From Octopus vulgaris (lineage: Eukaryota), in the NCBI GenBank assembly GCA_951406725.2, contig OX597829.1:52452001-52516000 (forward strand): a stretch of DNA of 64,000 nt, given 5' to 3'. Made by a program: the position numbers and the translations under genes. The notes under the pieces are model-generated. The model did not search any database and had not been told where the DNA came from. It saw nothing but the letters and a program-made list of their open reading frames with translations. How positions within the stretch are numbered: position 1 is the stretch's first letter; each line of letters starts with the position of its first letter. Below, one piece after another: positions 51,691-63,889 of the stretch.

Positions 51691-52035
51691 TAAGTAGCTT
51701 GCAAGACAAGACCCCACAATTGAAGTGGGTAGAATGTTGAGGAAGGTGGCTTTGTGCCAGGTGATGAGAGGTTAGGGGACAGAATTAGCTATCTTGCTAT
51801 ATGAAAGATACATGGTCACCCCAATTGGGGGGGAAAAAGTGAGAGAGAGAGAAGTTGGGGTTGATGTTTCAGGGCATACCCTCAAGTTACAGGGAGGTGA
51901 ATATAAGTGAATAAGCCTTTAGAAAATATTTGTCGATGAAAGGTGAAAATATTTTCTTGGATGTAGATTCAGACAGAAGATGCATGTTCAACACAGAAAC
52001 CATCTTCTTACTCCAATGTTTCAGTGCTTTTATGC

Positions 52036-52242
52036 TTAGCCCTTTAGCATTTAAACTGGCTATATTCGGCCAAAATATTCCAGCTGTTTTAGATTCAAAC
52101 TGGCCTCTCACACCAACCATGCAATATCATTCTTAAAAATTAAGTTACCTCATCAAAATTGCAAAGCTACAAGATAATACAAAACAATGTAAATAATTAA
52201 ACATTTAATTCTGACAGAATAAAGTGAATGCTGAAGGGTGTA
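52036..52242 (+). mobile_element. MITE family E
   Basis: ttagccctttagcatttaaactggc ... gaatgctgaagggt. Confidence 0.7.
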
Positions 52243-52760
52243 TTTACCATTAGCAACTGCATCTGTGGAAAGAAAAAAAACAAACAACCTTCCTATGAAC
52301 ATTCTTCTTTATAAACTTTATAAATTGCATTGCATAGTTAAATTTTAACAGTAATTATTGTAACAATTGTATCAGATGCAGCTACTAAATGCTGGCAGGT
52401 CATATTTTTGATATTTCTGTAAAATAACCATTGGTTTATACTGTTTCACAACATCTGGTTTACTTTAGAAAACCAGTAAATCACATGTGATTTGTGAAAA
52501 GTTACACACTGAACATTTAAGTGCTCTCAGGTGACTTGTAAGTTTTGTTACTTAAAGTAATTTGATAGCTCTTATTACAGTATGTATGGCACTTGCTTTG
52601 GGTACTTCTGCATATTTATTCTCTCTGGTTAACTGGTCATTTATTCCGTTTTAGGTTATTCTTCCATAATATAATTGCTCTATTTATTTGCCACAAGGAC
52701 ATCTTGCACAAAAATCATGAGGAATGCTGACAAAACTCAAACATTTTGGGGGCATACTTA

Positions 52761-52796
<36 letters not shown>

Positions 52797-52807
52797 ATAG
52801 AAATAAT

Positions 52808-53005
52808 GGCTTCAAGTTTTGGCACAGGGCTAGGATTTTGGGTGGTGGTGGTGTGTGTAGTGGGGTGTAAGTAAATTATATTGATCCTTGTGCTCAACTG
52901 GTACTTATTTTAACCCTGAAAGGTAACATCTACCTTGGCAGAACTTGAACTCAGAATGTAAAAATAGATGTCTGGCATGCTAACAATTCTGCCAGCCTGT
53001 CACCT
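52808..53005 (-). mobile_element. SINE family A (diverged)
   Basis: caactggtacttatttt...ttgaactcagaatg...aattctgccagc. Confidence 0.68.
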
Positions 53006-53109
53006 TAAATATGAACATAAAAGTTTTTAGTCATGCACATACATTCCAATAAAGCAATGTTGTGCATAGAATGTGTACATATGGAGGAGAAGAGGAATGA
53101 GACAATGAG

Positions 53110-53582
53110 GGAGCCTCTATGTGGTTACCTGCTTTGCCAGGAATAACAGACAAATCTTCTTCAAATTACACTCTATTGATTTAAACCAGTGGCTCTCAAC
53201 TGGGGTCCATCTGATCCTTGGGTGTCATATAGGATTTTGCTGTTAGAATTTATCTTCTACAATAAATTGGTTATTCTTCTACAATGCATAAAGTATTTTT
53301 AATTTCTTTTATGCAATCCTTAATATTTAATTAGAAAAGTATAATAGGATTTCTTTAATCCATCTGAGTAAAATAGGAATTTAGTGTGGTCTGTAGGTAT
53401 AAAAAAATTGTTAAGAAACACCGATTTAAACAAAGAAGGATTCATTATGAATTCATTAGATAATGTGGTCTCATAATAATAATAATAAAGGTGGAACAGT
53501 TATGGCTGGAATGCCATTTACCATTCTATCTTTTGAGGAGATAGATCTGATTCAGGAGAGCTGACTTAGTGCTAAACATCAA
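53110..53582 (+). repeat. Family G copy interrupted by a hAT MITE
   Basis: caaatcttcttcaaattacact...[MITE]...tatggctggaatgcc...gctgacttagtgctaaacatcaac. Confidence 0.6.
53187..53423. mobile_element. hAT (Charlie-like) MITE, same family as 34080
   Basis: cagtggctctcaac / gttaagaaacaccg; TSD atttaaac at 53179-53186 and 53424-53431; internal sequence colinear with 34080-34388. Confidence 0.85.
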
Positions 53583-54184
53583 CACGAGAAAAAAACTCAT
53601 TTAAGAAAAAAAAAAAAAATTATATATTCTTTCAAATGTGTCCTGTATTTGAGTCAATGACACTTAATGTGAAAGGAAATGTGTTCTTTGATCAACTTCA
53701 ATGACAAGAAAAAAAAAAAACCCTGAAAGTGTTACAGCAATTTAATACTGTTTATAATTAAGTTAATTTAAGTTAAGGGTATTCATCTGATTGGGCATTT
53801 GGTTTAATTCTATTATACTGACATTTGCATTTCATTGGTATTCATTTCCTTTTAAATCTTTTTTTTTCTCTCTTGGTATTCTTTCATATGAAATAACTTT
53901 TCATTCGAAATGATATTTATGAAAGTAAGGAACAAGAATAATGATCTTGAATCTTGTCATCAGCATTTTGTTATTCCTGTACACGAGGAACGTTACATTG
54001 CCTCGGTTGTTCTAAACATGCATGCAACACTCTCGACTTGTGTTTACTGTTAGGAAGAGCAACCAACTATAAACTACTTCTGTAAATCATGCAAATGTTA
54101 TTCTCTACACATCAAGTCTCACACTAGTTTGCGCGTGTTAATGCATAGATTCACATTTTCAATGGGAACACTATTTACTAAAGT

Positions 54185-54648
54185 TGTGTGTGTGTGAGTG
54201 TGATTTTGTGTGTGTGTGTGTGATTTTGTGTGTGTGTGTGATTTTGTGTGTGTGCATGTGTGATTTTGTGTGTGTGTGTGTGTGTGATTTTGTGTGTGTG
54301 TGCATGTGTGATTTTGTGTGTGTGTGTGATTTTGTGTGCATGTGTGATTTTGTGTGTGTGATTTTGTGTGTGTGTGTGTGCATGTGTGATTTTGTGTGTG
54401 TGTGTGTGTGTGTGTGATTTTGTGTGTGATTTTGTGTGTGTGTGTGCATGTGTGATTTTGTGTGTGTGATTTTGTGTGTGTGTGCATGTGTGATTTTGTG
54501 TGTGTGTGTGTGTGATGTGTGTGTGTTTTGTGTGTGATTTTGTGTGTGTGTGTGCATGTGTGATTTTGTGTGTGTGTGGTGTGTGTGTGTGTGTGTGATT
54601 TTGTGTGTAGGTGTGATTATGTGTGTAGGTGTGATTTTGTGTGTGATT
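54185..54648. repeat. Compound (TG)n array punctuated by GATTTT and GCAT
   Basis: Repeating tgtgatttt(gt)n[gcat] units; explains the 122- and 204-aa pseudo-ORFs. Confidence 0.92.
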
Positions 54649-54658
54649 GTATTTACAC

Positions 54659-55272
54659 CATCATCATTGTTTGAATGTCTGCTATTCCATACTTGTGTGG
54701 GCCAAACAGGATTGATTGAAGTAGATTTTTCTACAGCTGGATGCCCTTCCTGATGCCAATCTTCATCCAATTTCAAGCGAGGCAATTTGTTTCTCTATGG
54801 CTGGGCATGTTTAAGCAGAAAAATTTTAAATGAAGGATAGCACTTGTAAGACACTGATGCTTGTTCAAAACAACTCTCATGTGATGTCAAGGCAAGGAAA
54901 GACAAGCATGTGTGTGTCCTCTCTGTCTGTCTGCCTTTACGTCTATGTATGTCTGTATGTCTGTCTGTATGTCTGTCTGTATGTATGTATGTATGTATGT
55001 ATGTATGTCTGTCTGTATGTCTGTATGTATGTATGTATGTATGTCTGTCTGTCTGTCTGCCTGTACGTCTATGTGTGTGTGTGTGTGTATGTATGTCTTG
55101 CTTTTTTTCTTTCTTTCTTTCTCTCTCTCACACACACACACACACATACTAGACTCCTTTCAATCACTGTTTACCAAAACTACAAGGTTTTGGTGGCTTG
55201 AGGCTATAGTAGAAGACACTTGCCCAAGATGCATGCTGTGAGAATGAACACAAAACCATGAGGTTGGGAGCA
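54659..55272 (-). mobile_element. SINE family B2 with expanded TATG/TCTG tracts
   Basis: catcatcat...ctacagctggatgcccttcc...gtgatgtcaag...tagtagaagacacttgcccaag. Confidence 0.75.
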
Positions 55273-57079
55273 AACTTCTCAACCACATAGTCATAATAGA
55301 TAAACTTAGATTTTACGATAAAGTGATGTTTATATTTTAAGTGCCAGAGAAATGATGACAGTGAAAGATAATAAAAAAAAAAGTGAGATCTTAGTGAAAA
55401 TTGAACCTGTCACCCTTTGTTGATTCTTCAGTGTAACTACCACTCTGTCCATAAACCCTCCTCATAATAGTGACACCTACTTCTATCACACTTTGTAACA
55501 TTTTATGACATTTAATCATAATCAGTCTGAAAATCAATTAAAAGAAATATCCTTATACATGCTTATTTTCATAATATCTCTTTGTTGAGGTTCTGTCTAA
55601 ATACTGTTAGGGTGATAATCAAAATCTGGCAACAAAACATGCCCTCCTCTTATTATTTCTGACACTGAATATCTGCTTAAGAAGTAAAAATGAAAACTCA
55701 GCAGAATGGGCTGGGCAGAATTCCATAAAGATAGTAGTCTGTAACCCTCATCTTTGAGCATTGGAGCTGTGTGAAGCTGTTGATAAGACTGTGTTATTGA
55801 CTATTAAAGTAAATTATTATCTTAGTGGCAGCCTTTCAGAACTCTTTTACTGGCCAATTTACTCCCTATCTAATCTTGTCTATCACAGTTACTATTGATA
55901 AAAAAAAAAAGAAAAAAAACACCTCTTGAAATTTCACCAATGAATGTGTATAATAGATAGACATATCTCAAAACTGTCTATTGCTTTCCAGGTTTCTTTG
56001 GATTGTTTCTCTTGCTTTTTAGGGGGTGGGGAAATCTTTGCCACCCCACCCCCTTGCAGTACGTATTCTGTAGATCATCAAATTTGTATCGTTCTTGCTT
56101 TTATGTGAGAGAACACAGAATTGTTTTTGATTCATCCTGCAGCTTTCTTCATTAATGTCGTTTTAATTACAAAATTAAAAAATATATTTAAAAAAATAGT
56201 TTTATCTATCAAGTGTTACTTGATTTTTTTTCCCTTTTTGTTAGTTCAAAAAAATTTCTTAGAAATTTACATATAAGTGTGTTACATAGAAATTTACATG
56301 TCCCCCCCCACACACACACACACCCTTACACCACTTTTCCCTCACTCTCTTTCAGAATCTTAATTTAAGTTTCCCGATAATTATCTGGGTTTGTGAATAT
56401 CTGCCATTAGCTTATCTATGTAGGATAATTTAAGTTTGATAAAAAATGAAATAAAATAGAATAAAAACAAACTCCAAAATATTATTTGGGATATGAAGTT
56501 CCAAAAGTAATAGAGAAAACAGAGGTTCAGTATCATGTATATTTATATACTTGATGTACATACTTATGTATATGTAATTGACATCCCTTCTTATTTTGGG
56601 GGTGAATGTAAAGAACCCTTAGCAATGTGAAACATTAGAAAACAGATCTAGTATGTTTGAAGCAGTCGACTGTTATAAACCTGCAGGCTAATTTTGGTAT
56701 CAGAGAGAGAACGGAAAGATGACTTATGATAGCTTTCTGAAAGGGATAGCTGGTTTGAAGGTGTTCAGGGTGAGCTGCTTCATTCGAAGCAGTAATATTT
56801 CAAAAGGTTTCTCTTGTAAATTTCAGCACTTGGTTCTCCCTGGTGATGAGATTAAGTGCTGTCAATTTACAATGGTAAATTACAGGCTGCTGCATGCAAC
56901 TCTAGTAGTACATCCTGAACCTTTGCTGAAAAGGTATTTATCTTAACACATAAGGAATAACTAATATGTATTGTTTTTATTACATAAAAAAAAAAGAAAA
57001 GGTGTGTGTGCGATTGGGAGGGCAGAGTATTGTTTACATAGAATTCTTTTTATTTTTGTCTTATCTGAAAGAATTTAAC

Positions 57080-57307
57080 TTAACCCTTTCGTTACTGTAT
57101 TTATTTTGGGATGTTCTGTGTTTCTTTCAATTACTTTAAATATAACAAAGAATTTAGTAAAATAACTTAGTTATCATTCAGATAGTGTTAGAAACATAAA
57201 TTGTGACTAAGGTTTGGTGGAAGATTTTAATTCAGAACTTATGAAAACAAGACATTTGTACTCAGAGCCAAGGCTGGTTTCAGCCGGTTTGGTAACGAAC
57301 GGGTTAA
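57080..57307 (-). mobile_element. TTAA-flanked piggyBac-like MITE family D
   Basis: ttaaccctttcgttac ... gtaacgaacgggttaa; reverse complement of 40599-40861. Confidence 0.88.
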
Positions 57308-58220
57308 GTAGTTTATCTTGGTATTCATTTAGCTCTAAAATTGTGAAGCACAATAATGATAATAATTGCGGTGATGATGATAGTGATAATGATTAGAATT
57401 ATAAGAAAGTGATAATTATAGAAATAATTGTTGAGATTTGAAATATTATCTTTACAATGAAATAATTGAAAACAAACGGACCAGAATTTTTTCCAGTGTT
57501 GACATTGTTCTTTACCTGAAATTGGCAAAATAAATCTTGCGAACTTATGCAATATCATGTTTAAGTCCTCGATATTCCTATCCTTACTAAAAGATCCTTA
57601 ATCGCTATATAAAATCACAATTTCATGTGTGAATTAAGTTGATATATACATACATACAGTACACTATATACACTATTATACATTGTCTGCATGAAAGAAT
57701 ATGTGTGTGCACATGTGCATACGTGCATGCATGCATATTACAGTAACTCTGCCATTATTAAATCCATTTTTGTTTTTTAAACTACCAACAGAGGAAAACT
57801 GAAATTAATGTATGGAAATACCAGCATAGTTGTTAAGTGTACACCTTATTCTACAAAATTTCCTGCAAGTTCACACACACACATGGAGAGAAGTGTACGA
57901 AGGGCATTTTATATATTTCATTTTATTTAAAAAATAATTAAATTCTTCCTGTAAAGAAGGAGAAAGTTTTTAACTAAGAAACAAAATTCCATTGCAGGAA
58001 TTAAACATTACTGACATGCTACATTCTGAATAACCTTGCATATATCTTAATATTGGTTTGCTTACAGATTGTATTCGCAAAAAAGTATTTGTGTTGGTTG
58101 TTTCTTTGTCTGCCAACACACACTCTCTTCTCTCTCTCTTTTACATTAGCAACTAGATGTGTGTATGTATTGTGTATATGTTTGTGAAGATTGCAGATGT
58201 CTGTATGCACACACATATAT

Positions 58221-58597
58221 GTGCGCCAGTGGCATGTAAAAAGCACCATCCGAATGTGTTTGTTGCTAGGCCCACCTTACTGGCTCCGGTGCCGGTGGCA
58301 CATAAAAGGCACCAACTGATTGCGACTGATGCCAGTACCCCCTGACTAGTTCCTGTGTTGGTGGCACGTAAAAAGCACCATCTGAACATGATGGTTGCCA
58401 GGCCCACTTTACTGGCTCCTGTGCTGGTGACACATAAAAAGCACTGACTACACTCTCAGACTGGTTGGCGTTTAAGGAAGGGCATCCAGCTGTAGAAACT
58501 CTGCCAGACCAGATTGGAACCTAGTGCAGCTGCTGACTCTCCAGACTTCAGTCACACCATCCAACCCATGCCAGCATGGAAAACAGATGTTAATCGA

Positions 58598-58599
<2 letters not shown>
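58221..58599 (+). mobile_element. Retroposon family C with four tandem ~66-bp units
   Basis: Four gtggcacRtaaaaRgcac-type units, then ggaagggcatccagctgtagaaac and the tail. Confidence 0.8.
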
Positions 58600-58637
<38 letters not shown>

Positions 58638-58745
58638 GTTATTGAAAGTTGAGACTACAAATCTTTATTCGGAGATTCTTATTTTTGACTTGTGAATGAT
58701 ATTCTGTGTGTATGTATGGCTATCTATATGTGTATGTATGTATGT

Positions 58746-58776
<31 letters not shown>

Positions 58777-58899
58777 CATGTGAGTATGCATGCATGTGTG
58801 TGCATGCATGCGTATGTGTGTATGTGTGCATGTGTATATAAATAGTTTACTTTAGTTTCTCCTGCTCATCAGAGCCAAATCTGCCAGGATCTCAACAAT

Positions 58900-59560
58900 G
58901 GTCCTCAAGCAAGTTTTTCACAAGGTTGACTTACCTCCTCTTATGTCCCCTCCCTCTTGTCTTTCACTCTGTGAGCATGTGTAGCACAAAGTGAAACATC
59001 TTCTGCCATCTTAGACAGTGTTATTGTATTGCTTACTCTACCTGGCCGCTTTCGTGACTTTTTCCTTTCTGGTTGGCAATAAACACTTTGTAGCTTCCAA
59101 GGTTAATGTCTGTGGAAGACTTCTACCGTTATATATTTGGTTCCTCTTTTTCCACATATCATAGGCATATAAGTCGATGTTGGTATATAAGTCAATGATT
59201 GATGTATACAGGGAGTGTTTGGTGCTATGTACACAGGCAAAGTTTGAAGGAGCAAGACTGTGCAGGTTTCAGGTGCTGAAAGACAACTGAAGAGTTGCTG
59301 AGTCTCTTCTCCACATCATTTTCTGAGATGCTGTTGTTATTGATGTAACTGCTCAGGTGCATGGAATCAATCCTTTCTGGACTTTGGTCTTTCAGCTAGT
59401 CTTGTTACTGCTAGGGTTCTCCAATAATCATTTTTTTTTTAATCTTTCCATTGCTGATCCAAAGTCCATTTGAGTTACTGTTGCTGAGACTGGTGACCAG
59501 ATCTTGCATTAACTTATATATGTCCCAGATCACTGGTGAATGAATAGTTTGGCACTTCTA
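58900..59560 (-). pseudogene. Old RTE-like LINE RT remnant
   Basis: IDSMHLSSYINNNSISENDVEKRLSNSSVVFQHLKP resembles F.YLGS.I......D...RI.KA...F..L. Confidence 0.5.
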
Positions 59561-59589
59561 TACCTAACAGTTATCCTACATACCATTTG

Positions 59590-59890
59590 GATGCCATCTG
59601 TGCTAGTGCACTCTTCCTTCTTGCAGACTACATTCAGTTTGTCTTATACCTTGTTTTTCTCATCTTTGTTTTTTGCTGTCATTTCCATGCATCGACATTA
59701 GCTATCCAGTTGCACTTTCCTTTCCAACTTACGTGCATCCTTTGCATTCATTGACTGCATTTTGTTACAAATTCAGAACCACATTTCATACACAAGCATT
59801 ATACAATCTACTCTTCACTTGGAGAAAGAATCCCTTTGTTGCCAGCAGCGAGTAATGTTTCCTTGAACTTTTTCACCCCATTCTTCTGTC
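59590..59890 (-). pseudogene. RTE LINE RT C-terminal remnant (donor of the 60204 duplication)
   Basis: LLATKGFFLQVKSRLYNACV...NAKDARKLER resembles L.TKG.SLRVKGRLY.ACVR...ED.R.LER. Confidence 0.7.
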
Positions 59891-60203
59891 TTTTTTTATG
59901 CTTTGAACACTTTCACCTGCGTTACTGACTACGGTAAATAGCTTTGTGAGAAAACAAAAAAAAAAAACAACATTTTTCTAATGTTTCCAGTGCTAATCAT
60001 AGGAAGAGCTTGGATAATTATAATTAAGATATGATTACTTCTGACCAGGATGGATTATTACAAGAAGTAGAGAAACAAAACTGTTAAGAGGAGGCACTTA
60101 CAAATGAAGTAATTCATAGAGTACCAATGTTACGTAATTCATGAGTAACTTAAAAAAGGGAGTCACACACGCTCACACACATACACTATCTTTCCATGTG
60201 AAA

Positions 60204-60324
60204 TTGCGCTTTCCTTTCCAACTTACGTGCATCCTTTGCATTCATTGACTGCATTTTGTTACAAATCAGAACCTCATTTCATATACAAGCATTATACAAT
60301 CTTTCACTTGGAGAAAGAATCCCT
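60204..60324. repeat. ~120-bp direct copy of 59710-59835 flanked by a 9-bp TSD
   Basis: Near-identical sequence; tgtgaaatt at 60197-60205 and 60324-60332. Confidence 0.85.
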
Positions 60325-61032
60325 GTGAAATTAGTTCTATGAGGGACTGTTTGGTAGCTTGGGATGACGCTTAAACCAACCAGTTTTGTTAATACTAATT
60401 CTTCAGGATCACAAGTTCTCAAGTCCCTCACGGGGTCTAATTTTCTAGAGAAACTGAATTCATTTAGAGGGTATGACTCCCTCACTCTTATATCATTCTC
60501 CCCCCCTCTCATATATATTCATTCATTCATTCATTAGCCACACTATATTGGTACTGTAATTATATATTTCAGGTCATTCTCCTCCTCCTATTATTATTAT
60601 TATTATGTAAACGAGTTGCACCTAGCACCATTATAAATTAACTGCTTTATTTCAGCATCATGGAGGAAGGTGGGGGAGGAGCAGAAAGTGATCCTGATGA
60701 ATTTTTAAATAGCAATTAAACTGATTGCTTTGACCCTCATCCCATGCTGCTGAAAAGGCCCTCTCTCACTTGTAGGCCTGAATTTCACAGCGAGACTAAA
60801 TATACATATTTATGTAACTCCATATATTTATTTACAATTGATGTAGTTAATTTCCTTATGAGAAACTTCAAACAAACTGAAAATAAATCGCTGGCAGATG
60901 TATTTTGAGAATGGTTCTCGGTCTTCTGTTTGCTTCTGATTTTATGCCAATTTATAACGCTATATCCACTTTCCAGAATTTGTATTTTTTCATGTGCATG
61001 TGTTGGGGAAGAGATTCTGACAGAGCTCCTTG

Positions 61033-61064
<32 letters not shown>

Positions 61065-61367
61065 TATTGATTAGGAATCTTTTGTAAATAGTATCCCATT
61101 GTCCTCCTTTTCATTTATAGATATATATATGTGAACTACTTTGTTTTACACCAAATATTTATAGGATTATCTCTCTTTGTATTACCATTATATGTAAACT
61201 CTATGGGAACAAATTGTGTGAAATAATTTATGATTTGCATGTCTGGTATTTTCTTCCTGCATGGAATGTGTGTGTACATGTGTGTGTGTATATATATATA
61301 TATATTGTTTTTAACTGGAACTGACCAGAGAGAACTTAATTTAGTAACAGGAACAGCTCAGATGTAT

Positions 61368-61577
61368 ATTGACAATAACTATCTTTCTCCTAGTAACCTG
61401 TCATTCATTGACAGCCATAACTGCTCAAAAGTGTCCTTTCATTGGTGACCATAACAGCACAATAATGTCATTTCATTGATGACAACAACTGTCCAGTAAT
61501 GTCATTTTGTGGACAATAACTAACCTTGGGTTTCTCATTGCATGAGCAATGATAACCACCTAGTCATTTCTCATTTA
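61368..61577. repeat. Old degenerate ~34-bp tandem repeat
   Basis: Recurring gacMataac...tgtcatttcattg units, about six copies. Confidence 0.6.
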
Positions 61578-61895
61578 CTACCACATTCTCTCATCCTGTC
61601 AGTGAAAACTAATATTTCAGGTTTATATTGAGATATAGATTTATTGAAAGTTTGAATGATGTAAATATTATTTTCTTTTACTTCTTACCATCGGTAATAA
61701 AATTTGTACCAGTAAATTACCTAATACAATATTTCCCATAAAAATGATTATATTTACTCTGGAAAGATTTCATTTGTGTACACAAGTAGCTCACTTCAAG
61801 CCATTTCCTTATTTTCAAAGTATTTCTTCTGTTTGAAGATAGTTATTTCACTCACTACCAATAACATCAATTTTAAGGATATAAAAGTTTTTATA

Positions 61896-62381
61896 CTTTA
61901 CTTGTTTTAGTCATTGGACTGCAGCCATGTCTTGAAGGGTTTTATTTGAACAAAAACAAATCCATCTCTCTCTCTCTCTCTCTTTTTTTTTTTGTTTGAA
62001 GCCTTTTATATATTCTATTAATCTCATTTTGCTGAACCACTAAGTTACAGGAAACATAAAGAAACCAATACTGGTTGTCAAGCAGTGATGGGGGAACAAA
62101 GACACATATATACGTGTGTACACCTTATCTATGTATGTCTTTGTATTTGTTCCCCCATCACTGCTTACAGACAGTGTTGGTTTCTTTGTGTGTGTGTTTG
62201 CACACACACACACTCTCTCTCTCCCTCACACACACAGGGCTTCCACACAGTTTCCATCTACCAAGTTCACTTTCATTGGCCTAGGGCTATTGTAGAAGAC
62301 ACTTACTCAAGGTTTCATGCAGTGGGACTGAACCAGGAATCATATAGTTGGGAAGTAAAGTTCTTACTACATAGCCACACC
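61896..62381 (-). mobile_element. SINE family B (diverged)
   Basis: cttttacttgttttagtcatt...gtagaagacactt...gtgggactgaacc...acatagccac. Confidence 0.75.
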
Positions 62382-62459
62382 TGTTAATACTTTCTGTAGG
62401 TCATCTCTTAGGTAATACAGTAATAGTAGAGAAGTGGTCATTGTCATCATTTTCTGCTA

Positions 62460-62742
62460 GCCTTGGCCATTGCCAGCCTCGCCTGGCCCCCGTGCCGGTG
62501 GCACGTAAAAAGCACCATCCAATCGTGGCCGTTTGCCAGCCCCGTCTGGCACCTGTGCCGGTGGCACGTAAAAAGCACCCACTACACTCACAGAGTGGTT
62601 GGCGTTAGGAAGAGCATCCAGTTGTAGAAACACTGCCAGATCAGACTGGGCCTGGTGCAGCCTTCTGGCTTCCCAGACCCCAGTTGAACCGTCCAAACCA
62701 TGCTAGCATGGAAAACACTTGTTAAACGATGATGATGATGAT
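62460..62742 (+). mobile_element. Retroposon family C with two tandem units
   Basis: gtgccggtggcacgtaaaaagcacc twice; 3' part nearly identical to 21977-22123. Confidence 0.85.
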
Positions 62743-63061
62743 ATATATTGTTGTAGTTAGTCAGTTGTGTATTTGGAGATGATGTTATTTGAAGATGGGT
62801 TTGAAGGATATTTTTCTGGTATGTATAATCTTTGGTTTGATTTTTATAGTTAGATGCCCTGTGGTTATGATATCAGACTGTATGCTTGTAGATCCCAAGT
62901 TCAAATCCATTGCTGTTTTTTCTTTTTGTTATATTTCCACACATACCACTTTATTCTGCATTTCTCTAGTTTGTCTCCTTGTTTTATCTAGTAGTAGCAC
63001 TTCCATAGGAACTGACTTCTACTCAGAGAAGAAATAATTAATGGAAAATATTCCCCTCCTG

Positions 63062-63428
63062 GGCACAGGCATGGCTGTGTGATTACAAGTTTGCCTCCCA
63101 ACCATATGGTTCTAGGTTCAGTCCCATTGCATGACATCCTCAGTACATGTCTTCTATTTATAGCCCCAGGCCAGCCAATGCCTTGTCAGAATCTGGTAGA
63201 TGGAAACTGAAACATATGTATTTGTGCGTGTCTTTGTGCATGTCCTCCACCATTATTTTACAACCTGCGTTTGTTTGTTTACATCCCCATAACTTAGTTC
63301 AGGATAACAGACTAAGTATCAGGCTTAAAAAAAAAAAGTACTTGAGTTGATTCATATGACTAAAACTCTTCAGGTCAATGCTCCAGCATGGCAACAGTCC
63401 AACAACAGAGACAAATCAAAGGTAAAAG
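63062..63428 (+). mobile_element. SINE family B (diverged)
   Basis: ggcacaggcatggctgtgtg...ggttcagtccc...gctccagcatggc. Confidence 0.78.
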
Positions 63429-63889
63429 TTCTACTTTGTATCATAGAATTAAAAGTTAGTACTGGCCCTTTAAAACCCCCTTTGATTTATGAGGCAAAAT
63501 TTTTTACCTTCTGTTTTCAAACAAAGCCTGTCTTTAATTTAGTCCAGTGGACCAATTCAGATATTCAGTGAAAAGTTACACCCCTCCTGTCCCTGCCTCC
63601 CCATCAGTTAAACGCTTGTAAGTAAGCTTAAACAGAATAAGTAGTTACATAGGAAGTCTGTAAAAATTAAATTAAATACTATGGATATTATATATATATA
63701 TAACGATAATTAGAACCAGTAAGCTGTAAACAAGTGAAAGCTGTCAAGGCAAACATCAGGGGATTATCTTAGGTATTTAATTTTTAAAAAAAAATTCATT
63801 AGTAATACGAAACATTCGTTAGTACAGTATTGAATTTCTTTATCCTGTGATAATTTCAATGTTCCCTTTTTTATCTTTTTGTTTTTCTC

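Noticed and set aside
54119-55241. His/Thr- and Val/Cys-rich ORFs up to 204 aa
   Set aside because: Products of TG/TATG microsatellite arrays.
56719-56946. 75-aa ORF with non-repetitive composition
   Set aside because: No recognisable motif and no convincing splice sites; expected by chance.
58221-58450. Repeat-spacer pattern superficially like a CRISPR array
   Set aside because: Spacers are homologous to each other, the array lies inside a eukaryotic retroposon, and there are no cas genes.
58842-58876. Minus-strand CTGATGA-gcagga-GAAAC-taaa-GTA
   Set aside because: No stem II and poor stem I; likely chance.
60656-60719. Acceptor-like site followed by MEEGGGGAESDPDEFLNSN*
   Set aside because: Very short, ends in a stop with no donor, no similarity to CEP170.
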